This document shows positions 25,221-32,000 of a DNA stretch of 32,000 nucleotides, one piece after another. The position numbers and the translations under genes are program-made. Location: NCBI GenBank assembly GCA_048938295.1, contig JBHLMI010000008.1, forward strand, positions 56,017 through 88,016, in the 5' to 3' direction. Source of the DNA: Promethearchaeota archaeon. Lineage in GTDB: Archaea > Asgardarchaeota > Hermodarchaeia > Hermodarchaeales > Hermodarchaeaceae. Position 1 is the first letter of the stretch; each line of letters begins with the position of its first letter. Below the pieces are notes generated by a model. It worked only from the letters and a program-made list of their open reading frames with translations, did no database searches and had not been told where the DNA came from.

Positions 25221-26081
25221 TCAGGGTATCAGTAGCTTAGGTATCGTGATCGTGAAGAACAGTAGTAATCCGAAAATGGCGTTCCAATAGGGGTACAGCC
25301 AGTAAGCTTTTTCGATATTTGCTTTGCGATGGAGTAGCAGGTAGAGTGGAATTGCGGGATACACGAACATCAACAGGTTCCAAGGCGTATTCCAAGGGAC
25401 GATGAACACAAGTACAACAGCGAAGGTGAGCCAAAAGACAAGACAGAGAATGAGAGATGGAACAGCCCCAATATACACTGCTGTTGTGGTGACATTAGCC
25501 TCTTTATCGGCATCAATATCGGGAACGGCAGAGAACAGATGCATGGCTGATGTCCACATGAATGCTGCAAAAAGGGATAAGATAGAGGGAATAAAAAAAC
25601 GCAACTGATAGAAGGCTAAAATGGCTGGGACCACGTAAAGAAAGTTAGACATAAAATCTAGAAAAGGTCGTGCCTTGAAGCGAATCGGCTTCGCACTATA
25701 TAGAAACGAGAGCAGTAAGAAAACACCAAAGAGCGCCATGGTAATGAAGTCAGGTTGCAAGAGCATCAACACAACACCAAATGCAAACGAAACGAGGATG
25801 AAGGCGAGAAGAGTTCGGCGATCCTTTGTTGTCACCCGATATTCTTTGCCGTCTTTTTTCGGATTGAAGATGTCTGTATCCTCATCATAATAGTCATTGA
25901 TTCCATATAGGAACAAGTTGGCGGGAAACATGAAGAAGAACAACTGAAGGGCAAAGAAGGGATTCAGGAATTGGTCAAGTGTAGTCACCCCAATTGCATA
26001 ACCGATCAGGTAGGTTCCTCCCAGATATAACCAAAAACGTGGTCGTGAGATGCGAAACGCCAAACTTATCATACTACTCAT
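25221..26081 (-). CDS. lyeJ: UbiA-family prenyltransferase, lycopene elongase/hydratase (LyeJ/CrtEb-like)
   Basis: SRPRFWLY, YGINDYYDEDTDIFNPKK, YSAKPIRFKARPFLD and HLFSAVPDIDAD. It overlaps the upstream desaturase by 8 nt. Confidence 0.85.
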   Translation of the reverse strand: MSSMISLAFRISRPRFWLYLGGTYLIGYAIGVTTLDQFLNPFFALQLFFFMFPANLFLYGINDYYDEDTDIFNPKKDGKEYRVTTKDRRTLLAFILVSFAFGVVLMLLQPDFITMALFGVFLLLSFLYSAKPIRFKARPFLDFMSNFLYVVPAILAFYQLRFFIPSILSLFAAFMWTSAMHLFSAVPDIDADKEANVTTTAVYIGAVPSLILCLVFWLTFAVVLVFIVPWNTPWNLLMFVYPAIPLYLLLHRKANIEKAYWLYPYWNAIFGLLLFFTITIPKLLIP

Positions 26082-27570
26082 TCCGGTTCCGCCCCTTTTT
26101 CATCTGTGTCCTGATCTGGTCCATAACGATTTGGGAGGATACAATGGCCATGGGGACACCAATTCCTGGATGCGTATACTGTCCCGTGTAATAGAGATTG
26201 TGAACTTTTTTACTTCGATGACGGGGACGGAAGAAAGCAGATTGACGGAATGTATGCGTCAGTCCAACTGCGGTTCCCTTGTATGCGTGATAGTCTTGAG
26301 TAAAATCGTTCAAAGAGAAAATCCGCTTGATGCTTATCGAATCTTGGAATGATTCACCGATCAGCTTCTCCATGTGCGTGACGATTTTTTGAAGATAGGC
26401 TCCACGAATCCTAGGCGTATCTTCAATTCCTGGTGAGATGGGCACAGTGATGAAGATATTCTCTTTGCCTTTCGGAGCCACGAGTGGATCGTATCTGGAT
26501 GGGCAACAGACATAGTAAGCAGGCTTTTCAGGCCATGCAGGTTGCTTGAAGATTTGATCGAAATGCCGTACCCAGTCATATTCTAAGAAGACGTTATGGT
26601 GTGTCAACTGATCCAGTTTATGGTCGATACCCAGATACACTACAAAGGCGGAGGGGGCGATTATCTTCTTCTCCCAGTAGATTGCAGGATAGGTCTGATA
26701 TTGTTTGTCGAGTAACTCGATTTCGCTGTAGGGATAATCTGCATTGACAACGACAAGGTCAGTATCAATCACACCATCTGAGGTTTGAATCTGATGGGCA
26801 AGGCGATTCTTTACCGCGATTTGGGTAGCTTCAACACCAAAGTGGATTTCAGCTCCTTGCTCCTGAGCTAGCTTCGTTAATGCTTCAGGAATCTTCCCAA
26901 TCCCTCCTCGGGGGTACCAGACACCTAGATTGTAGTCAATATGTGAAATGATAGAGTACAGTGCAGGTGTGTTTTTAGGATTGCCACCCAAGAAAACGAT
27001 GGGGTACTCCAAGATTTTCCGTGCGCGATCACTTTTGAAAAACTTCTGAACGTAGCCATCGATGTTACTCAAAATATGCAACTTACGCCCCGCTTTCATG
27101 AGTGAAGGGCTGAACATGGACCAGAAACTGTCCAAGTCCTTGTACATGATACCCTGCATCATGAACTCATACGTTTCCTTGGCTTTATCCAAATATTCTT
27201 GGAGTTTTGCAGCCCCGCCTTCTTCAAAGCCTTCGAAGGTCTTTAGGTTTGACTCCAAATCTGCCGTGATTTCCACAATGTCATCTGCACCGAAGAAAAT
27301 TCGGTAATTTGGATCCAGTCGCATCAGTTCGTAGTAATCAGCTACAGTTTTATCGAACTCGTTAAAAAAATTCTCAAAAATCTCTGGCATCAGATACCAG
27401 GAAGGCCCCATATCGAACACAAATCCTTCTGTTTCCCAAACACGAGCTCGACCTCCAGGTTCTGGGTTGCGCTCTATGACATCAACTGTGTACCCTTCTT
27501 TCGCGAGCAGTGCTGCAACCGCTAGCCCACCAACACCAGCACCAATAACCAGCACATTCTCAGGTTTCAC
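26074..27570 (-). CDS. Phytoene desaturase family oxidoreductase, probable carotenoid 3,4-desaturase (CrtD-like)
   Basis: IGAGVGGL, FDMGPSWY and YYTGQYTHPGIGVPMAIVS. Its position directly before lyeJ matches the haloarchaeal crtD-lyeJ order. Confidence 0.85.
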   Translation of the reverse strand: MKPENVLVIGAGVGGLAVAALLAKEGYTVDVIERNPEPGGRARVWETEGFVFDMGPSWYLMPEIFENFFNEFDKTVADYYELMRLDPNYRIFFGADDIVEITADLESNLKTFEGFEEGGAAKLQEYLDKAKETYEFMMQGIMYKDLDSFWSMFSPSLMKAGRKLHILSNIDGYVQKFFKSDRARKILEYPIVFLGGNPKNTPALYSIISHIDYNLGVWYPRGGIGKIPEALTKLAQEQGAEIHFGVEATQIAVKNRLAHQIQTSDGVIDTDLVVVNADYPYSEIELLDKQYQTYPAIYWEKKIIAPSAFVVYLGIDHKLDQLTHHNVFLEYDWVRHFDQIFKQPAWPEKPAYYVCCPSRYDPLVAPKGKENIFITVPISPGIEDTPRIRGAYLQKIVTHMEKLIGESFQDSISIKRIFSLNDFTQDYHAYKGTAVGLTHTFRQSAFFRPRHRSKKVHNLYYTGQYTHPGIGVPMAIVSSQIVMDQIRTQMKKGRNRNE

Positions 27571-27612
27571 GTTTGGCCTCTCCTTGATAATGCGCCATTT
27601 CTTTTTGTTTTA

Positions 27613-27648
27613 TTTAATGATTGTGCATTAATATAGTAAATCATTAAA
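27613..27648. promoter_or_regulatory. Inverted repeat TTTAATGATT-N16-AATCATTAAA in the divergent crt promoter region
   Basis: Perfect 10-bp arms at 27613-27622 and 27639-27648. Confidence 0.4.
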
Positions 27649-27771
27649 CATTTAACAGATAGCTATATGAATTATATACTACCGATAGGAAAAGAGAATC
27701 GTTTAAAAGGAATTTCAATGGCTCATGGATTAAATTAACTCCGTTAAGAAGCCAATTGGAGCGTTTACTAA

Positions 27772-28725
27772 ATGTTAAGGGGAGAACAGCACCACCTGAA
27801 TATCGTTCCCACCCAAGTCCGAGTCAAAGATAATTTGACTATCGGTGATTTGAACCGAGCCTACGATTATTGCATGGGACTCTTCGCAAAGTATGCAAAA
27901 TCCTTTCATTTCGCCTCACGCTATCTGGAACCAGAACAGCAACGGAGTATCGCCGCTCTGTATGCGTTTTGCCGAATTACCGACGATTATGTCGATGAAG
28001 TTAATCTTGAACCAGACCAAATAAACACCGAAATGCGAATATTAGGCGAGATTGTCTCACGCTTAGGCAATGGAGAGCAGTTTAACCACCCGGTTTTTCA
28101 TGCCTTTGGGGACACATTAGTGAAGTATAGAATCCCAGTTCAATACATCTATGAATTGATTGAAGGCGTTCGCATGGACGTGCTTCGCCAAGAAATCCAA
28201 ACACAAGAAGAATTGAACCTTTACTGTTTCCGCGTGGCATCCACCGTTGGGTTATCAATGTGCCATATCTGGCGTGCGATTCACCCTGAAACTCTTGAGC
28301 GTGCTGCTGAACTAGGTATCGCCATGCAACAAACCAATATCCTCAGAGACATCGCTCAAGACTATGGTAAGGGACGCATTTACATTCCTGTCGAGACACG
28401 TAAGAAATTCCGAATCCGAATTGAAGACTTCGAAGCACGAACAATCACTCCGAATTTTCGAAATTTAATAAAACACGAAATCGCCAATGCTCGCGCAAAT
28501 TATGCAAGTGCCGAAATTGGTATGCAAGATCTTCCGCCCGCTGCATCCTTCACAGTTAAAGTTGCCTCGCGCGTATACGGAAATATCCTCAATGCAATTG
28601 AAAAGATGAATTATCAGGTTTTCAAACGACGTGCCTATGTGCCAAAATGGAAGAAGTTCTGGATTGCGCTTCAATGTCGACGTGAATATCTTCGCGATCT
28701 GAAACAATTTGTGGTAAACCCTTAA
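27772..28725 (+). CDS. crtB: Phytoene synthase
   Basis: KSFHFAS, LYAFCRITDDYVD, YCFRVASTVG and QTNILRDIAQDYGKGRIYIP. Confidence 0.93.
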   Translation: MLRGEQHHLNIVPTQVRVKDNLTIGDLNRAYDYCMGLFAKYAKSFHFASRYLEPEQQRSIAALYAFCRITDDYVDEVNLEPDQINTEMRILGEIVSRLGNGEQFNHPVFHAFGDTLVKYRIPVQYIYELIEGVRMDVLRQEIQTQEELNLYCFRVASTVGLSMCHIWRAIHPETLERAAELGIAMQQTNILRDIAQDYGKGRIYIPVETRKKFRIRIEDFEARTITPNFRNLIKHEIANARANYASAEIGMQDLPPAASFTVKVASRVYGNILNAIEKMNYQVFKRRAYVPKWKKFWIALQCRREYLRDLKQFVVNP

Positions 28726-28766
28726 TCGCAGAGCATTTACAGAATTGGAATATCTTAGGTGAAAGA

Positions 28767-30275
28767 ATGATGAAACCGGTTAATGCTACTCAAACGATTG
28801 TTATTGGGGGAGGATTTGGTGGCTTATCTACTGCAGTGAGACTCCAAGCTGCAGGGTACCCTGTCATAATATTGGAGAAACGTAACCAACTAGGGGGACG
28901 AGCAGGAGTTATTGAGAGAGAAGGGTTCAGGTTTGATACAGGCCCAACAATAATTACCCCTCCATCTGTGGTAGAAGATATTTTTCGAGATGCTGGGCGA
29001 AATCCTTCAGATTATGTTGAACTGGTTTCAATTCATCCACACTACCGCCTACATTTTACTGATGGCACACATTTTGACATCGGAACCTTTGAGGAAGTCG
29101 CAGAGCACATTAAACAGTTGAGTCCGAACGATTTGGTTGGGTATCAAAAATGGCTCAAAATCCTTGAACCCATCTATGAACTTGGTTTTGAAAAATTTGC
29201 TACTACACCTTTTGAAAGTCTATGGAGTATGGTGAAGATCATTCCACCTGCGATTCACCTGAAATCCTACAAGAGTGTCTATGGACTTGTTGCGCACTAT
29301 ATGCATGATGAAAAGCTCCGAATGGCTTTATCGTTTGTTCCTCTATTTATCGGGGGAAACCCATTCACTACTACTAGTGTTTATTCGCTGATTGCATATC
29401 TTGAAAATAAGTTTGGTGTGCTTTGGGTGCGAGGTGGAACCCACAGATTAGTTGAAGCCCTAGAAAGATTATTCCTTGAACTGGGAGGAACTATCCAACT
29501 AGATGCTGAAGTAACAAAAATCGAAATCGATGATAAAAACCGGAATGTAACTGGTGCTCTCACTACCGATGGAATCTTTTATCCTGCAGAAATTGTTGTG
29601 AGTAATGCCGATGTGGCAATGACATACATGGGTATGATCAATAAGCGATATCGTAGGAAAAACACTGACAGGCGATTCAAAAACGCTAAGTATAGTATGA
29701 GTCTTTTCATGGTGTATTTTGGGACAAAGAAGAAATATCCTGAAATGCCCCATCATAATGTAATCTTTGGCCCTCGATACAAGGAACTCATCAAGGATAT
29801 TTTTGACCGCCATATTCTTCCTGATGACTTTTCCATTTACTTGCATGTCCCTACTCGGACAGACCCTGAATTAGCCCCACCTGGATGTGAAACCTTTTAT
29901 GCATGTATACCCGTGACCCATCAAGATTCGGGCATTGATTGGGAAGAAATGAAGATCCCTTTCAGAGACCGAGTTCTACAGTATCTTAATGACAATTATC
30001 TTCCAGACCTGCTGAAAAATATTGTAGTGTGTGAGGTTTTCACTCCAAAGGATTTTGAAAGTGAACTAAACGCGTACAAAGGTAATGCATTTCAGTTACA
30101 ACCGCTAATGACTCAATCAGGTTGGTTTAGGCCACACAATCGATCCCGGGATATCAAAGGATTATATATCGTCGGTGCCGGAACACATCCTGGAGCTGGA
30201 GTGCCAAGTGTTTTACTCAGCGGAAAAATAACATCAGATTTGATCCTCAAAGATTACAAAATCACCTTAGATTAA
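28767..30275 (+). CDS. crtI: Phytoene desaturase
   Basis: IGGGFGGL, FDTGPTIIT, GGNPFTTTSVY, HHNVIFGPRY, FRPHNR and GAGTHPGAGVPSVL. Confidence 0.92.
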   Translation: MMKPVNATQTIVIGGGFGGLSTAVRLQAAGYPVIILEKRNQLGGRAGVIEREGFRFDTGPTIITPPSVVEDIFRDAGRNPSDYVELVSIHPHYRLHFTDGTHFDIGTFEEVAEHIKQLSPNDLVGYQKWLKILEPIYELGFEKFATTPFESLWSMVKIIPPAIHLKSYKSVYGLVAHYMHDEKLRMALSFVPLFIGGNPFTTTSVYSLIAYLENKFGVLWVRGGTHRLVEALERLFLELGGTIQLDAEVTKIEIDDKNRNVTGALTTDGIFYPAEIVVSNADVAMTYMGMINKRYRRKNTDRRFKNAKYSMSLFMVYFGTKKKYPEMPHHNVIFGPRYKELIKDIFDRHILPDDFSIYLHVPTRTDPELAPPGCETFYACIPVTHQDSGIDWEEMKIPFRDRVLQYLNDNYLPDLLKNIVVCEVFTPKDFESELNAYKGNAFQLQPLMTQSGWFRPHNRSRDIKGLYIVGAGTHPGAGVPSVLLSGKITSDLILKDYKITLD

Positions 30276-30317
30276 CAAGCCGACTAATACTTGCGATTTC
30301 AGACGCTTTTGAGAAGA

Positions 30318-31436
30318 CTAGCTCTTGAATAGACTAGCTGCCAGTTCTATGGCAGAACGTGCATCTGGAGCATACCCGTCAGCCCGTACCCGTTTCCAGA
30401 GCCAAGGATCCAGGGAAAACACTCGGCCACCAACAATGATTTTCATATCCTTGAATAGGGGGTCCTTGCGGATTTTAGTGATGAGTTTCTCAGCCTCAAT
30501 TACATGCCACGGAATAGTTACCGAGATAGCCAAAAGATCAGCGTGTTGCTCTCTGATTGTTTCAATGATGGCTTGAAGGGGTGTATCGGCCCCAGTTAAG
30601 TAAACGTCCCAACCACTTAACTCAAAGAAATCTGAAACCATCCGAATCCCAAGGTCATGCAGTTCACCGGCAACACAACTAGCCACAATAGTTCGGTTCA
30701 CCCGTTCAGATGGTCGAATATACGACTGAAGGGAATTCATGATTTGCCGAGTAAGGTTAGTAATATAGTGTTCTTGTGCTACTGTTAGTTGATTTGAGTG
30801 CCAGAGTCGACCGACTTCAAGTTGGACATTTTCTAACACTTGGAGGTAAATATCCCGGACATCAACCCCACTCTTGATTGCATCATGAATGAGTTGTCGA
30901 GCTTTCGTGGATTTACCCAGAAGAAGTGCTTCAAGATACTGGGTTGCGAGCTCAGAAAGGGGAAATTCATCCCGTAGATATGATGGAATTTCTACAGCAT
31001 CTGTATCAAGTAGAGTGAGTCCAGCATTCATAAACTCCAGTAGAATTTCACGAACGGGACTAGGCGCTTTTGCTTCAAACACTTGTTTAAAGCATTGAAA
31101 GTTAATCGCGATATCTTCAACTGGTATATTGAGACCAATAAGTAGCCCTTTGACCCATTCAATGTAAGACCCAAAGAGACCTTTACTCAAATATGTGAGA
31201 GCACTACGCAGGAACTTTAAATGAAATTTTATGTCTCGTTGGTAGTAGTCAAAGCCTTGTGAACCATACCGCGCCTGGATATCAGGTTGTACCTTCGCTT
31301 GACATCTAATAATATCATGGGTTAATTGATCGATATTTCGCGCCAAGTATTCACTCGCTTCATGCCCCAGCTGTTCCAAATTAAACGCCCCATTAATTTC
31401 ATCTTGACGTTGATTTCGGGACACAAAAGTGCTCAC
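30318..31436 (-). CDS. CarH-type cobalamin-binding protein with an N-terminal globin/phycobiliprotein-like domain and no HTH
   Basis: W212-H213-x8-E222-H223 and E258-x-H260-xx-G motifs, then a Rossmann B12 domain (GADTP, AISVT, IIVGG, ADGY). The N-terminal helical domain reads RYGSQG...RDIKFHLKFL. Confidence 0.88.
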   Translation of the reverse strand: MSTFVSRNQRQDEINGAFNLEQLGHEASEYLARNIDQLTHDIIRCQAKVQPDIQARYGSQGFDYYQRDIKFHLKFLRSALTYLSKGLFGSYIEWVKGLLIGLNIPVEDIAINFQCFKQVFEAKAPSPVREILLEFMNAGLTLLDTDAVEIPSYLRDEFPLSELATQYLEALLLGKSTKARQLIHDAIKSGVDVRDIYLQVLENVQLEVGRLWHSNQLTVAQEHYITNLTRQIMNSLQSYIRPSERVNRTIVASCVAGELHDLGIRMVSDFFELSGWDVYLTGADTPLQAIIETIREQHADLLAISVTIPWHVIEAEKLITKIRKDPLFKDMKIIVGGRVFSLDPWLWKRVRADGYAPDARSAIELAASLFKS

Positions 31437-31472
31437 ATCTTGCTCATTTAACTCGCTCTAATTTGGACCTTA

Positions 31473-31949
31473 CTAATCAGGCGACCCCAGTGCTATCGTT
31501 TCTACAACATTCATCAATTTCACAATATTGAGTGGTTTCTGGGGATCCAGTGCCTGCCATCCCTCAGATTTCTCCAACCCATGGGCGGCAAGAAAATTAG
31601 TTGATAAGCGCTGCAACCCAACTTCAGCCATACGACGAATTGCTTTTTCCCGTTCAGTGGTATCATCAACGACTACAAGCTCCCCTCTAAGGACAACGAA
31701 ACAATATTGACTTAAGTCTGGTTTGAATGTCTCAATTTCGACTGCAACACGATTATCTTGTTCAATAAGCTTCATTTTCTTCCCATATCGAGTGAAATGA
31801 AAATAGAGGACTCCTTCGACATAGGCATATTGGAAAGGAGCTAGGTAGGGATAGCTTTCCCCTCTGAAGGCAATTCGACAGAACACTTGATTTTGCAGAA
31901 GCTCCTTGACCATTCGCCTCTTCAATTTGGGTAGCTTAATCAATGACAC
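31473..31949 (-). CDS. Pyridoxamine 5'-phosphate oxidase-like (NimA-type) flavin-binding protein
   Basis: CRIAF...PYLAPFQY...LYFHFTRYGKKM...VAVEI. GGTGA lies 5 nt before the GTG at 31949. Confidence 0.85.
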   Translation of the reverse strand: MSLIKLPKLKRRMVKELLQNQVFCRIAFRGESYPYLAPFQYAYVEGVLYFHFTRYGKKMKLIEQDNRVAVEIETFKPDLSQYCFVVLRGELVVVDDTTEREKAIRRMAEVGLQRLSTNFLAAHGLEKSEGWQALDPQKPLNIVKLMNVVETIALGSPD

Positions 31950-32000
31950 AATAGTCACCCTATAGATACTTGAGGAACGCCTTCTCACATATATTCGATA

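Noticed and set aside
1-32000. CRISPR array, tRNA/rRNA, IS element, prophage or recoded (Sec/Pyl) genes
   Set aside because: No regularly spaced repeats, cloverleaf or T-loop motifs, transposase, integrase or capsid genes, or interrupted reading frames were seen on manual reading; tRNAscan and CRISPR finders were not run.

Overview
A 32-kb gene-dense chromosomal window from an archaeon, most likely Asgard (inferred from a Rab-like GTPase, a longin-like protein and a RING-like protein; GGAGG/GGTGA ribosome-binding sites; TTTAAG TATA boxes; archaeal PolB2 and AsnA). It encodes a PolB2 DNA polymerase and, 6.3 kb away on the other strand, its usual small partner gene. It also holds a class II ribonucleotide reductase with two endonuclease-bearing inteins, ThyX, a divergent Lrp/asnA pair, several redox and membrane genes, and a divergent C50-carotenoid cluster (crtD-like/lyeJ and crtB/crtI). 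The carotenoid cluster is flanked by a CarH-type B12 photoreceptor that has a globin/phycobiliprotein-like domain instead of a DNA-binding domain. The best candidates for undescribed biology are: (i) that photoreceptor-carotenoid module, (ii) a perfectly paired 64-nt three-way junction upstream of the RNR gene, and (iii) an identically spaced promoter motif shared by the separated polB2 and partner genes. No rRNA, tRNA, CRISPR array or transposase was seen. All family calls come from motif recognition by eye, not from database searches.
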